A stretch of DNA of 64,000 bases from Candidatus Latescibacterota bacterium (lineage in GTDB: Bacteria; Latescibacterota; UBA2968; UBA8231): positions 4,512,001 through 4,576,000 of the forward strand of contig OZ241867.1 of assembly GCA_965203175.1 (NCBI GenBank). The letters are read 5' to 3'. The notes below the pieces were generated by a model. That model made no database searches and was not told the origin of the DNA. It was given only the letters and a program-made list of their open reading frames with translations. The translations under genes were made by a program, and so were the position numbers. Positions 37,336 to 47,537 of the stretch are shown here, piece after piece; the first letter of the stretch is position 1; each line of letters opens with the position of its first letter.

Positions 37336-38165
37336 CCCAAAATCTCTCGGCGCAGATCGATGAGTAGCTGTAGGGCCGCGCGGATATCCCCGACTTGGTC
37401 CGGGGCGTATTCGCGCTCAATGGTCAGCGGCCCCTCGTACCCCAAATCGCGCAACTTCAAGAGGAAGGCCCTGATGTTGACGTCGCCTTGGCCAAGCGGC
37501 GCATCCTCGTACCACGGCTGGCCTGGGCGGCGCTCGATCGCGGCGTCTTTACAGTGTACGCTGCGGACAAAGCGCCCCACCCGATCCAAGGCTTCTAGGG
37601 GTGGGCCGGCCTGATAGAGGATCATATTGGCCGGATCGAAATTGACTGCGAGGTTCTCGCGGTCGACGGCCTCGATAAAAGCGAGAAGTTCATCGGCGGT
37701 CTCTTGACCGGTTTCCAAGTGAAAATACTGCCCGTGTCCCCGGCAGTGATCGCACACCGTGCGCGCAACTTCGACGACCGCAGCAAAATCCGGGTCCGAC
37801 TCCTCCGGCACGAAGCCTAAGTGCATGCCGACGGCATCCACGCCTAACGCGGCGGCAAAGTCTGCGATGGCCAAGGTCTCTTCGAGTCGGCGCTCTCGAC
37901 GGTCTAAAGGCACAAGCCCGACCGTTTGCTGAGCGATTTCCGGCGTGGTGTAATCGTCATCGGGAAAACCGGCGAAAACCACGCTGATTTCAATCCCGGC
38001 CGCGGCGAATTGGTCCTTGATTTCCGCTGTTTTCTCTGCAGTGCGAAAATCGCGACCTGGCGCGTGCAAGTGCACGGTGGAGACCCCTAGATCCTTCACC
38101 GAATCCAATCCGGCCCCCAAGCCCTCGTCGATAGAGGTAAATATGCCTGTTGCCCATTTGTTCAT
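37332..38165 (-). CDS. Sugar phosphate isomerase/epimerase (xylose isomerase-like TIM barrel)
   Basis: HLETGQE, NFDPANMILY, VHCKD, LTIERE. Confidence 0.9.
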   Translation of the reverse strand: MNKWATGIFTSIDEGLGAGLDSVKDLGVSTVHLHAPGRDFRTAEKTAEIKDQFAAAGIEISVVFAGFPDDDYTTPEIAQQTVGLVPLDRRERRLEETLAIADFAAALGVDAVGMHLGFVPEESDPDFAAVVEVARTVCDHCRGHGQYFHLETGQETADELLAFIEAVDRENLAVNFDPANMILYQAGPPLEALDRVGRFVRSVHCKDAAIERRPGQPWYEDAPLGQGDVNIRAFLLKLRDLGYEGPLTIEREYAPDQVGDIRAALQLLIDLRREILG

Positions 38166-38197
38166 TTCGGTCCTCTCCATTTGATTGCAAACAAATT

Positions 38198-38229
38198 AAA
38201 AGAGGGGACAGCCAAGCCATCCCCTCTTT
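38198..38229 (-). terminator. Rho-independent terminator after the small ORF / sigma operon
   Basis: AGAGGGGATGGC-TTG-GCTGTCCCCTCT followed by T-rich tail on the minus strand. Confidence 0.8.
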
Positions 38230-38248
38230 ACGTAAATCCACGCGCCGC

Positions 38249-38404
38249 TTATCTCCTCGCGCTCCCTTCCTTTTCGTTGCGCCGCGTTCCCTCGGCCTGG
38301 GCAGCGTCCAAAACGGCCCGCACCCGCTGGCGAAAATTTTTGATCTGATTGTCAACTTCGTCTATGGAATTCAGCAGATCCTCCTCAACTGCATCTTCTG
38401 GCAT
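38249..38404 (-). CDS. Small hypothetical protein (51 aa, helical), not in the ORF track
   Basis: AGGAG-6 nt-ATG; MPEDAVEEDLLNSIDEVDNQIKNFRQRVRAVLDAAQAEGTRRNEKEGSARR; fills the gap between sigma gene and terminator. Confidence 0.72.
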   Translation of the reverse strand: MPEDAVEEDLLNSIDEVDNQIKNFRQRVRAVLDAAQAEGTRRNEKEGSARR

Positions 38405-38455
38405 GGCATACTCCTGCGACTTTTGGGGAGCAGGGGAGCCTGTTGGGGGTCGTCT

Positions 38456-39316
38456 TCAAGCGCGGCTATAGGTGCGCAGATGATCGCAACGGCTGGGGTG
38501 CCGCAAACGGTGCAGCGCTTTCTCCTTAATTTGCCGGACTCGCTCTCGCGTAAGCCCAAAGCGCATACCGATCTGGTCCAAGGTCATAGGCTCTTCTCCG
38601 TTCAACCCAAAATAGAGACGGAGGATCTCGGCCTCGCGCCCGATGAGCCGACTTAGAGCCGAGTCGATCTGCCCGCGCAGGCAGCCGCGCATCACTTGGT
38701 TTTCAGGGGACTCTTGGCGCTCATCCGGCAGCACGTCGAGCAGGCTGTGGTCCTCTTCACCGAGAAAGGCCGCGTCTAGCGACCGCATTGAGCGACCGCA
38801 CAGCAAGGTTTCTTTAACCTCTTCAACTGGAACGTCGAGTTGCTCGGCGATAGCTTCCGGGTTGGGATCGTCGGTGCGCTCTTGCTGCAAAATGCGAGAC
38901 GCCTTTGATATCTTGTAGAGCAAGCCGATTTTATTTAGCGGCAAGCGGACTGTTCTCGACTGTTCGGCCAGCGTCTGTAGGATGGCTTGACGGATCCACC
39001 ACACTGCATAGGAAATGAATTTAAACCCCTTGTCTTCGTCAAAACGCTCAGCGGCGGTGATCAATCCCATATTCCCAGCACTGACCAAATCGGCAAGAGG
39101 AACGCCGCGATTTTGGTATTCCTTCGCCACGCTGACTACAAAGCGCAAATTCGCTTCGACTAATCTATTGCGGGCGTGCTCATCCCCTTGTTTGATCTTT
39201 CGCGCCAGATTGACCTCATCGGCCGGGGAGAGAGGCTTGGAATGGGCAATTTCGGCCAGATAACTCCCGAGGCAATCTTCCATGTCCCAAAATGGAGCTT
39301 TAGTCATTCCCGCCAT
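38456..39316 (-). CDS. RNA polymerase sigma-70 factor, RpoD/SigA family lacking region 1.1
   Basis: YLAEI (1.2), LVEANLRFVVSVAK, KFISYAVWWIRQ, TRERVRQI; 286 aa. Confidence 0.95.
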   Translation of the reverse strand: MAGMTKAPFWDMEDCLGSYLAEIAHSKPLSPADEVNLARKIKQGDEHARNRLVEANLRFVVSVAKEYQNRGVPLADLVSAGNMGLITAAERFDEDKGFKFISYAVWWIRQAILQTLAEQSRTVRLPLNKIGLLYKISKASRILQQERTDDPNPEAIAEQLDVPVEEVKETLLCGRSMRSLDAAFLGEEDHSLLDVLPDERQESPENQVMRGCLRGQIDSALSRLIGREAEILRLYFGLNGEEPMTLDQIGMRFGLTRERVRQIKEKALHRLRHPSRCDHLRTYSRA

Positions 39317-39389
39317 GAAACCATCCTCTTCGTTATAGAGTGGGGAGGAAAAGGAAAGCTACACGTGCATTAAACTAAAGATGTGTTAT

Positions 39390-39418
39390 AACTTAGCCGG
39401 GGTCACAAAACCTGTCAA
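39390..39418 (-). promoter_or_regulatory. Promoter for the sigma factor gene
   Basis: TTGACA-17 nt-TAAGTT. Confidence 0.65.
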
Positions 39419-39435
39419 GCAATTTCTCCCAACCC

Positions 39436-40149
39436 CTAAGCCCCCGTAAGTGCGCTTAAAACAGACTGTTGCACGGCCAATAGGCGATCTATGCCCACAG
39501 CCGCCAAGTCGATCAGTTCGACGGCCTGAGCGCGGGTAAAGGGACGCCCCTCAGCCGTGCCTTGGACTTCGACGATCCCCCCCGAGCCGGTCATGACGAC
39601 GTTCATATCAGTTTCGGCCCGGCTATCTTCCTCATAGCACAGATCCAATAGGGGCTGGTCTCCTACTACCCCGACGCTAACGGCGGCAACCTGATCTACG
39701 AGCACATCGCCTTGCAGCGTCTGCAACGCCTCTACTAAAGCCACATAAGCCCCTGTTATTGAGGCTGTGCGCGTCCCACCATCTGCCTGTATGACATCGC
39801 AATCGACATACAGTGTCCGCTCGCCTATTTGCTCCAAATGCACTACAGTGCGCAGCGATCGACCGATCAGACGCTGAATTTCCCGCGCCCGGCTATTGGA
39901 TTCGCGGGCTACTCGGCGCGCAGAGGAACCCGGCAGCATGCTGTACTCGGCGGTCAGCCATCCCTTACCGGTCCCCGCCAGAAAGGGCGGCACCCCATCT
40001 ACGGGCGATACCGTGCATAGCACTTTTGTATCGCCCATTTCGATCAGAGCCGATCCAGCCGCCGTTTTCAGATACCTCGGGGAGATTTGCACCGGTCGCA
40101 ATTGATCGGGCCGGCGTCCATCGCTGCGTTCCCAGCTTGTCTCACTCAT
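39436..40149 (-). CDS. rph: Ribonuclease PH
   Basis: [53 protein letters not shown]. Confidence 0.97.
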   Translation of the reverse strand: MSETSWERSDGRRPDQLRPVQISPRYLKTAAGSALIEMGDTKVLCTVSPVDGVPPFLAGTGKGWLTAEYSMLPGSSARRVARESNSRAREIQRLIGRSLRTVVHLEQIGERTLYVDCDVIQADGGTRTASITGAYVALVEALQTLQGDVLVDQVAAVSVGVVGDQPLLDLCYEEDSRAETDMNVVMTGSGGIVEVQGTAEGRPFTRAQAVELIDLAAVGIDRLLAVQQSVLSALTGA

Positions 40150-40969
40150 TGAGGTGCATCCGATAATCAGGGCCAGCCATGGGGACGAGATGGCACATCT
40201 CTACTAGGCGCGAGTAGATGCGGCCTTTGGCGAGATCCCTGAGTTCGTCAAGGGGCTGGTTAGTCGTCACGACCGTGAACCGCTGGTCGCCGTAGCGGGC
40301 ATCTACGAGATCGTAGAGCATTTCTATTTCCCACTCGGTCCCCCGCTGGATGCCGAAGTCATCTAAGACGAGGTAGGGCATAGTGCACAACTCTTCGAGA
40401 ATTGACCAAGTGTGGCCATAGCGCTCGCTGTCGGCTGAATAGGTATCGCGCAACTTCTGAAAATACGTACGCGACAGACTGAGAAAGCGGCCTGGTTTGG
40501 CCCAGCGCAACATGAGCTCGTTGAGTGCAATGCAGCCCATCAAGGTCTTGCCCGTGCCGGGATTTCCGTGGAGGAGATAACCGCGCTTAGGCTCCTTTGC
40601 TGCTTCGATCAGGTCTTGGTGAATGCGGAGATAGACCGTGGTCGCTAGGTCGATGGGCGTCCCGTCTGGTGCCGCCATTCGGAAGTCGTCGACGAACTTC
40701 CACTTGTAGCGCTCGGGGATATCGGCCTGGCGAAACAGGCGGTTGGTTTCTGTCATTTTACGGCGATAGGGACGGCAAGGACACCACTGATTGCGCGAAT
40801 CGTCGTCCCAGTACTGGTAGGGTGCCCTGCCCCCACAGCGGCACTCGACGCACTCGCAAAGCCGAAGCGTACCATAGCGGCCCACCTCGACTATCGGGTC
40901 GTAGTATAGGCCCCCACCGCCGCACTTAGAACAGCGCGTCACTTTCTGGTTGGCCGCAGGCAAACTCAC
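40142..40969 (-). CDS. DnaC/DnaI/IstB-like AAA+ ATPase with N-terminal Cys-rich zinc-binding region
   Basis: [16 protein letters not shown]; IPERY; Walker A GNPGTGKT; Walker B LVLDDFG; TTN; RIYSRL; GPDYR. Confidence 0.88.
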   Translation of the reverse strand: MSLPAANQKVTRCSKCGGGGLYYDPIVEVGRYGTLRLCECVECRCGGRAPYQYWDDDSRNQWCPCRPYRRKMTETNRLFRQADIPERYKWKFVDDFRMAAPDGTPIDLATTVYLRIHQDLIEAAKEPKRGYLLHGNPGTGKTLMGCIALNELMLRWAKPGRFLSLSRTYFQKLRDTYSADSERYGHTWSILEELCTMPYLVLDDFGIQRGTEWEIEMLYDLVDARYGDQRFTVVTTNQPLDELRDLAKGRIYSRLVEMCHLVPMAGPDYRMHLNE

Positions 40970-41445
40970 CGGTGCCGCTCCTTAAGGGCCCGGTCGACAT
41001 CGCGGTCGGCCTGGCGTTGGGCCAAAGCTCGGCGTTTGTCGAACTGCTTCTTGCCGCGGACCAGTGCCAATTCCACCTTGGCTCTGCCGCGCTTGAAGTA
41101 GATCTTCAGCGGCACCAAGGTAAGGCCCTGCTGTTGCGTCCTCCCCGTCAGCCTGCGGATTTCGCTGCGGTGCAAGAGCAATTTGCGCACGCGCTCTGGA
41201 TCGTGGTTGAAACTGTTACCTCGCTCGTATTGGGCAATATGGACATTGTGCAGGAAAATTTCTCCGCGTTCAACTAACGCGAAGCTATCCTTGAGGTTGG
41301 CGCGTCCAGCGCGCAGCGATTTGACCTCTGTGCCGCGCAAGACAATGCCGGTTTCATAGCGGCCCATCACCTCGTAGTCGTGCCGGGCTTTGCGGTTTTG
41401 CACGGCGATCAACTCTCTCTTGGTATCACTTTCCGTTTTGGCCAT
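40966..41445 (-). CDS. smpB: SsrA-binding protein SmpB
   Basis: [31 protein letters not shown]; start set at ATG 41445. Confidence 0.97.
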   Translation of the reverse strand: MAKTESDTKRELIAVQNRKARHDYEVMGRYETGIVLRGTEVKSLRAGRANLKDSFALVERGEIFLHNVHIAQYERGNSFNHDPERVRKLLLHRSEIRRLTGRTQQQGLTLVPLKIYFKRGRAKVELALVRGKKQFDKRRALAQRQADRDVDRALKERHR

Positions 41446-41476
41446 AACCAGCCTATTTTCACGAAGGGAAACGGGC

Positions 41477-41505
41477 TTGACGGCTGCAAACCCTGCATTT
41501 AATTT
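41477..41505 (+). promoter_or_regulatory. Promoter for tRNA-Leu
   Basis: TTGACG-17 nt-TAATTT. Confidence 0.65.
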
Positions 41506-41518
41506 GTGCTTTTCAATT

Positions 41519-41605
41519 GCCGAAGTGGCGAAATTGGTAGACGCGCATGGTTCAGGACCATGTGGGGGCAACCCCGTGGAGGTTCGAGTCCTCTCTTCGG
41601 CACCA
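41519..41605 (+). tRNA. tRNA-Leu(CAG)
   Basis: GCCGAAG...CATGG-TT-CAG-GA-CCATG, long variable arm, GGTTCGAGT, CTTCGGC-A-CCA; 87 nt. Confidence 0.97.
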
Positions 41606-41725
41606 CTTTTCGCTTCTATTCCCTGACTGATTTAATCTACACGCCTCGTTCTAACCCGCGCAAGGGACTGCCTGCACACGCAGCAGCCCCTACCAAAATT
41701 ATACAACCCGCGAAAGGATGTCCCT

Positions 41726-42103
41726 ATGGCTCGCTTCCTGCACACTCGCATCCGCGTCAGCGATCTCGACCGCTCCATTGAGTGGTATTGCACTCACCTC
41801 GGCTTTGAGGTCCGGAGCCGCTCCGATAAATCGCCCGCTGGCAACCAAATTGTCCATCTCGAGCTACCCGGCAATGAACACACCCTAGAATTGACCTATT
41901 CCGCCGATTATCAGCTTGCCGTCCCCGAAGATCTCATGCACCTCGCGATCGCGGTTCCCGATTTGATCGGCTTTTGCGACACGTTGGAAAACAACGGGAT
42001 CGAAATATGGCCTGGCGATTGGCGCACGACCTTTCCCACCGGCCGCAAGATGGCCTTTATCGACGATCCCGACGGTTACGAGATCGAGCTACTCGAAGAT
42101 TGA
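41726..42103 (+). CDS. VOC family protein (lactoylglutathione lyase-like)
   Basis: FLHTRIRVSDL, LELTY, HLAI, FIDDPDGYEIEL. Confidence 0.9.
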   Translation: MARFLHTRIRVSDLDRSIEWYCTHLGFEVRSRSDKSPAGNQIVHLELPGNEHTLELTYSADYQLAVPEDLMHLAIAVPDLIGFCDTLENNGIEIWPGDWRTTFPTGRKMAFIDDPDGYEIELLED

Positions 42104-43548
42104 TTGGACTCTCCCTTGTCGCGCAAGTACTGCGGCAAGTAGGCGTCGATGAAGTCTCGCGCCGTCCGGCCTCCGACTAAATCGTGATTGTGTCGCATCC
42201 GCCAAACCTCGAAAGTGGCCAATAAATCTTCTTCTGGCAGGTCGATCCCTGCCCGACGCGCATAGGACAGAATCATGGCGCGATATTGCTGCCGGCTAGG
42301 CAGATCGAGGAAGACTTTGAGGGCAAAACGGTCGTCGAGCGCTCGCTCCTGATCGAGGCGTTGCAGTTGTTGAGGGTCGTAGAACTCGGCTTGAATACCT
42401 TGGTTGACTCGGTTGGGACGCTCGTCGTCTAGCTGCATCTGGCCGAGCCCTTGCGGACGCTCGCCCTCCCGATCGACTAAATCCTTGTAGTTGGAGGTCG
42501 CATAGAAAACCAAGTTGTCCGGGCATGCCTCGAGTCCTCCATCGAGCGTCCGCGAGAGCAGGTGCAGGCTGTTGTCGCCCCGGTCCAGAGAGACATTGTC
42601 CAGCACGCCCACAAAGCGCTGGCAACGCCCCCGGACGAGGGCAAAGAGATCGGGTAACAGATGGTAACAAGACGGGGCGATTTCGACGGCGCGCAGGCCG
42701 CGATCAAAGAACTTTCCCACTAAGGCCCGTATCAGCGTCGATTTGCCGCCGCCTCGCGGGCCCCAGATCAGCGCGTTGTGCGCCCGATAACCGGCGAGAA
42801 AATGACGCGTGTTTTCTTCAAGCACTTGGATTCTCGCTTCGTTGCCCTCCAGCCAGCCAAGGGGAAATTCCGCGAAGTGGCGGATGGGTTCCAAGCTGGG
42901 TTTGGCCCCCCTATCGACTAAGCGAAAGGCCGGGAATCGGCGCAGCGCACCCCGCCCGTACTCGCGTATCAAGCATCCGAGCACCTCAGCCAACTCAGCC
43001 CAATCCTCGCTGCGGGCAAAGCGATCTTTCAGTTGACCAACGGCTGCGGGTTCCACCCCATCCCCGGGCATGAAGGTCAAAGGGGCCGCGTCGCGGCCAA
43101 TCAGCCGTAGCCAAATCCCCCAAGGGGGGCGGGCCAAGACCGAGGCACTTTGCAAGTCGCGACACGCAACCTGGCGCAGTGCAGCGGGAACATCTGCTGG
43201 AGCCTGCTCTTCGCAAGCGCGCAAAAACGAGTGTTGGCCATCGAAAAGCCGGTTGAGTAACATCCCTTGTAAATCCGGAGTGCCACCACCCCAATCGCCG
43301 TTAAGTGCCGCCGCGAGAAGCGCCTCTGAACAACGCTGATGTTGCACGGCCAGTTCGTCCGCAGTGCGCTGGGCCTCTTTACCGGCCGCCAGCCTGTCGG
43401 CACACGCCTGCGCACAGCGCAGCAAGGAGCGCAACTGATCGATCTCGCTGGGCTCGAGCAGCCGACTGAAGGTGGAGAGCCGGTCCAAAGCCGCAAGCAT
43501 GGCTTCGACTTGGCCGGGTATTTGTAGCGTCTCTTCACTTCTTGTCAT
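42076..43548 (-). CDS. DUF815 family AAA+ ATPase with long N-terminal helical region
   Basis: ENT..FL.G..AHNALIWGPRGGGKST, LDGGLE, YATSN, L.DRF, GRTARDF; start uncertain (43548 or 43608). Confidence 0.85.
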   Translation of the reverse strand: MTRSEETLQIPGQVEAMLAALDRLSTFSRLLEPSEIDQLRSLLRCAQACADRLAAGKEAQRTADELAVQHQRCSEALLAAALNGDWGGGTPDLQGMLLNRLFDGQHSFLRACEEQAPADVPAALRQVACRDLQSASVLARPPWGIWLRLIGRDAAPLTFMPGDGVEPAAVGQLKDRFARSEDWAELAEVLGCLIREYGRGALRRFPAFRLVDRGAKPSLEPIRHFAEFPLGWLEGNEARIQVLEENTRHFLAGYRAHNALIWGPRGGGKSTLIRALVGKFFDRGLRAVEIAPSCYHLLPDLFALVRGRCQRFVGVLDNVSLDRGDNSLHLLSRTLDGGLEACPDNLVFYATSNYKDLVDREGERPQGLGQMQLDDERPNRVNQGIQAEFYDPQQLQRLDQERALDDRFALKVFLDLPSRQQYRAMILSYARRAGIDLPEEDLLATFEVWRMRHNHDLVGGRTARDFIDAYLPQYLRDKGESNQSSSSSIS

Positions 43549-43651
43549 CTCGATGCGCAACCTGTTGATCTGAGTAATACAATTCGCTTTAGATAGGGGT
43601 TGCCGCACGGCCGTAACTGCTTGGGGGGCAGCCGTTAGGAACGAAATAAAC

Positions 43652-43725
43652 TACCCCCGGGCGGATTCGAACCGCCGACCCACAGATTAGGAATCTGTTG
43701 CTCTATCCTGCTGAGCTACGGGGGT
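43652..43725 (-). tRNA. tRNA-Arg(CCT), CCA not encoded
   Basis: ACCCCCG...ACAGA-TT-CCT-AA-TCTGT...GGTTCGAAT...CGGGGGT-A. Confidence 0.95.
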
Positions 43726-43892
43726 TATAGGAGGGACGCTATTCATATTATATCGCGAGAGACCCAAAGTCAAATGTCCATGTTTTTTATTGCATGTGTT
43801 GACACCAAATTAAACTGGCCTAATTTACAAGACTGTTTTGGCCTGAAGAGGTCAAGGCCAGCTTTCTACAACCTCAGCTAAACTAATAAAAC

Positions 43893-44549
43893 ATGGCTCA
43901 AGTATTTCCGCGCAGCGCTAACTGGGCTTCCAAAGCCAGCATCCTCGTTGGCCTCGTCCTAGTCGGCAGTATCCTCGCTATCGTACTCAACATCAATCGC
44001 ATTTACTTCGTCAATCAAGTCAACGTGCCTATCGATCAGCCCGTTCCCTTCAGCCATAAACACCACGTCACCGGCATGGGCATTGACTGCCGCTATTGTC
44101 ACACCACCGTCGAGGAGAGTGCCTTCGCCGGCATTCCCCCGACCGAAACCTGCATGACCTGCCACTCGCAGATCTGGACCGAAGCGCCCATCCTCGAACC
44201 CGTGCGCGCCAGTTTCCGCGACAACGTGCCCATCGAGTGGAACCGCGTCCACGACTTGCCCGACTTCGCCTATTTCAACCACAGCATCCACGTCAACCAA
44301 GGCATTGGCTGCCAGTCGTGCCACGGCCAAGTCGATCAAATGCCTCTGATGTGGAAAGCTGAATCGCTGAACATGGAGTGGTGCCTAGATTGCCACCGCG
44401 ATCCAGCCCAGTACATCCGCCCGCGCGACCAAGTTTTTAACATGAACTACCAGTATCCAGCCGACCAAGAAAATTTGGGTGCGCAACTCGTCGCCGAATA
44501 CGGCGTGCAGACCAGCCAACTCACCAACTGCTCTATCTGCCACCGCTAA
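43893..44549 (+). CDS. actA: Alternative complex III pentaheme cytochrome c subunit
   Basis: N-terminal TM, QPVPFSH and five CxxCH motifs. Confidence 0.93.
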   Translation: MAQVFPRSANWASKASILVGLVLVGSILAIVLNINRIYFVNQVNVPIDQPVPFSHKHHVTGMGIDCRYCHTTVEESAFAGIPPTETCMTCHSQIWTEAPILEPVRASFRDNVPIEWNRVHDLPDFAYFNHSIHVNQGIGCQSCHGQVDQMPLMWKAESLNMEWCLDCHRDPAQYIRPRDQVFNMNYQYPADQENLGAQLVAEYGVQTSQLTNCSICHR

Positions 44550-44550
44550 C

Positions 44551-47535
44551 ATGGAAACTAGAAAAAACATCGATCTCTCGGCCATCCGCGCCCGCCTTGA
44601 AGCCGCCCAAGGCCAAGAGTACTGGCGCAGCTTGGACCAATTGGCCCAGACTGAAGAATTCGCCGCCATGGTCCAGCGCGAGTTTCCCGAGCAAGCTGCC
44701 GAGTTGAAGGATCCGGTAAGTCGGCGGAATTTTCTCAAGCTCATGAGCGCATCGCTGGCATTGGGTGGGCTTTCAAGCTGTACGATTCAGCCTAGCGAAA
44801 AAATAGTCCCCCAGGTCCGAGCGCCCGAAAACGTCATCCCCGGTAAGCCGCAGTACTTTGCCTCCGCCACCTCGCTCGGCGGTATTGGCATGGGTATCCT
44901 GGTCGAGAGCCACATGGGGCGACCGACCAAAATTGAGGGCAATCCCGAGCATCCCTCCGGCAGCCGCGGCTCGAATGCGCTCGTACAGGCTTCGATTCTC
45001 GACCTCTACGATCCCGACCGGTCACAAACGGTCAAAAACGCCGGTCGCATCAGCGCTTGGAGCATCTTCCTAGCCGATCTGACGCAGCGGCTGAGTTTGC
45101 ACGAATCCAACGGCGGCGCTGGCCTGCGCATCCTGACTCAGACGGTAACTTCTCCAACCCTCGGGCACCAGTTGCAGGCCCTGCGGGATAAATTTTCCCA
45201 AGCCCAGTGGCACCAGTACGAACCGGTCAATCGCGACAACGCCCGTGCCGGGGCCCAAATGGCGTTTGGCGAGCCGGTGCATGCGTTTTACGACGTAGCC
45301 AAAGCCAAGGTCATTCTATCGCTGGATGCGGATTTTACCTACAGTGGTGCTGGCAATGTCCGCCACGCTCGGGATTTCGCGGCCGGTCGCAGGGTCCGCA
45401 ACGGCTCCAAGGCCAGCAATCGGCTCTATGCGGTCGAAAGCAGTCCAACGGCCACGGGCAGCATAGCCGATCACCGCTTGGCATTGGGCACGGCGCACAT
45501 CGAAGCCTTGGCCTTGAAGGTGGCCCAAGGGCTTGGCATCGGCTGGGAGGGGCCGAGCGTTCCCTCTGACTTCTCCGCCCATGACGCCTGGATTGCAGCC
45601 CTAGTCGACGACCTAAAGTCCCACCCTGGCCAAAGCCTCGTACTCGCTGGTGACCAGCAAGCCCCAGCCGTACACGCTTTGGCCCACGCGATCAACCACG
45701 CCCTAGGCAATGCGGGCACAACCGTACACTACACCGAACCTCTCGAAGTCGAGTCGGTTGACCAGCACGAGTCGCTATCCGGGCTAGTAGCCGACATGAA
45801 CGCCGGTCGAGTCGAGTCCCTGTTCATCCTCGGCGGCAATCCGGTGTACGACGCGCCTGTGGATCTCGACTTTGCCTCGGCGCTCGACAAAGTCGGCTAC
45901 CGCGTCCACCTCGGCCTGTACGACAACGAAACGTCAGAACTCTGCCACTGGCACATTCCGGAATCGCACTTCCTCGAAGCTTGGAGCGACACCCGCACCC
46001 ACGACGGCCTCGCCACGATCGTCCAGCCGCTGATTCGTCCGCTCTACAAGAGCAAATCAGCCCACGACCTCTTGGCGGTGCTCACCGGCCAGCCCGGGGT
46101 CCCCGATCTCGACATCGTGCGCCAGTACTGGGAGAGCCAAGGCCTAGATGCGATTGCTTGGCGCCGCGCACTGCACGATGGCTTCGTCGAGGGCACGCGC
46201 CCCGAAGCCCAGTCCGTGGAGCTAGGCACTCTGCAGTTGCCGATAACGACCGGAAACCTTCCCGAGGAAGAAGATCTCGAAATCCACTTTCGGCCCGATC
46301 CCATGGTGTGGGACGGCCGCTTTGCCAATAACGCTTGGCTACAGGAAACCCCAAAACCCATCACGAAGCTCACTTGGGACAACGCCGCCCTCGTCAGCCC
46401 AGCCACGGCCGAGCGCCTGCGACTCGAGAGCGAATTCCTCGCCGAACTGCGCTTTGATGGGCGTGCGATCAATGCAGCGGTTTGGGTCGTGCCCGGCCAA
46501 GCCGACGGCGTCGTCACCCTGCACTTGGGCTACGGCCAACAGCGCAGTGGCCGCATCGGGCGCGATAAGGGATTTAACGCCTATGCCCTGCGTCCTACGG
46601 CGGCTTTGTGGAGCGGCGTCGGCCTACAGGTCAACGCCTCTTACGACGGCTATCGCCTCGCCTGCACCCAAGATCATCACAGCATGGAGGGCCGCAACTT
46701 TGTACGGCAAGCTTCGTTGGACTACTACCAATCACATCCGCACTTTGCCCACGAGGGGGCCCACGATCCGCCCGATGACTTGACTTTGCACAACCGCACG
46801 GATCACCAGTACACGGGCTATGCCTGGGGTATGGTCATCGATTTAGGGGCCTGCATCGGCTGCAATACGTGTGCTATGGCCTGCCAGGCCGAAAACAACA
46901 TCCCCATCGTCGGCAAGGACGAAGTCCTCAACGGCCGCGAAATGTCTTGGGTGCGCGTCGATCGCTACTACAAAGGCTCGGAGTACAACCCCGACGAGAT
47001 CGTGCACCAACCCGTGCCCTGCATGCAGTGCGAAAACGCTCCTTGCGAGTTGGTCTGTCCAGTCGCAGCGACGACGCACAGTGACGAAGGTCTCAACGAC
47101 ATGACCTACAATCGCTGCGTCGGCACCCGCTACTGCGCCAACAACTGCCCCTACAAAGTGCGGCGCTTCAACTTCCTCCAATACGCCGACCGCGATACCG
47201 AGAGCTTAAAACTACAGCGCAACCCAGATGTCACCACGCGCTCCCGCGGTGTAATGGAAAAATGCACGTACTGCGTCCAGCGCATCAATCAAGCGCGGAT
47301 TGAGGCCAAAAAGGCCAATCGCACCATAGGCGATGGCGAAATCGTCACCGCCTGTGAACAGGCCTGCCCCACCGAAGCCATCGTCTTCGGGGACATCAAC
47401 GATCCCAATAGCCGGGTTTCCGCCCTCAAGGCATCGCCGCTCAACTACGGCATTCTCACTGAGTTGAACACGCGCCCCCGCACTACGTACTTAGCAAGCA
47501 TCAAAAACCCGAATCCCAAGATTGCCGAGGCTTGA
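44551..47535 (+). CDS. actB: Alternative complex III subunit B (molybdopterin-oxidoreductase-like + Fe-S, Tat signal)
   Basis: YWRSL, SRRNFLK Tat motif, C-terminal CIGCNTC, CMQC, CVGTRYC and KCTYC clusters. Confidence 0.95.
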   Translation: METRKNIDLSAIRARLEAAQGQEYWRSLDQLAQTEEFAAMVQREFPEQAAELKDPVSRRNFLKLMSASLALGGLSSCTIQPSEKIVPQVRAPENVIPGKPQYFASATSLGGIGMGILVESHMGRPTKIEGNPEHPSGSRGSNALVQASILDLYDPDRSQTVKNAGRISAWSIFLADLTQRLSLHESNGGAGLRILTQTVTSPTLGHQLQALRDKFSQAQWHQYEPVNRDNARAGAQMAFGEPVHAFYDVAKAKVILSLDADFTYSGAGNVRHARDFAAGRRVRNGSKASNRLYAVESSPTATGSIADHRLALGTAHIEALALKVAQGLGIGWEGPSVPSDFSAHDAWIAALVDDLKSHPGQSLVLAGDQQAPAVHALAHAINHALGNAGTTVHYTEPLEVESVDQHESLSGLVADMNAGRVESLFILGGNPVYDAPVDLDFASALDKVGYRVHLGLYDNETSELCHWHIPESHFLEAWSDTRTHDGLATIVQPLIRPLYKSKSAHDLLAVLTGQPGVPDLDIVRQYWESQGLDAIAWRRALHDGFVEGTRPEAQSVELGTLQLPITTGNLPEEEDLEIHFRPDPMVWDGRFANNAWLQETPKPITKLTWDNAALVSPATAERLRLESEFLAELRFDGRAINAAVWVVPGQADGVVTLHLGYGQQRSGRIGRDKGFNAYALRPTAALWSGVGLQVNASYDGYRLACTQDHHSMEGRNFVRQASLDYYQSHPHFAHEGAHDPPDDLTLHNRTDHQYTGYAWGMVIDLGACIGCNTCAMACQAENNIPIVGKDEVLNGREMSWVRVDRYYKGSEYNPDEIVHQPVPCMQCENAPCELVCPVAATTHSDEGLNDMTYNRCVGTRYCANNCPYKVRRFNFLQYADRDTESLKLQRNPDVTTRSRGVMEKCTYCVQRINQARIEAKKANRTIGDGEIVTACEQACPTEAIVFGDINDPNSRVSALKASPLNYGILTELNTRPRTTYLASIKNPNPKIAEA

Positions 47536-47537
47536 GC

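Noticed and set aside
40142-40969. IS21 element or prophage remnant
   Set aside because: No istA, inverted repeats or phage genes; the gene overlaps intact housekeeping genes on both sides.
41446-41571. N-terminal extension of SmpB in the ORF track
   Set aside because: It is the antisense of tRNA-Leu and its promoter; the real start is ATG 41445.
40966-41720. tmRNA gene near smpB
   Set aside because: No GGGG..-CCACCA tRNA-like domain or intergenic gap of about 350 nt in the window.
41519-43725. Two genes bracketed by convergent tRNAs as a possible integrated island
   Set aside because: No integrase, no duplicated tRNA 3' end seen, and no obvious compositional shift.
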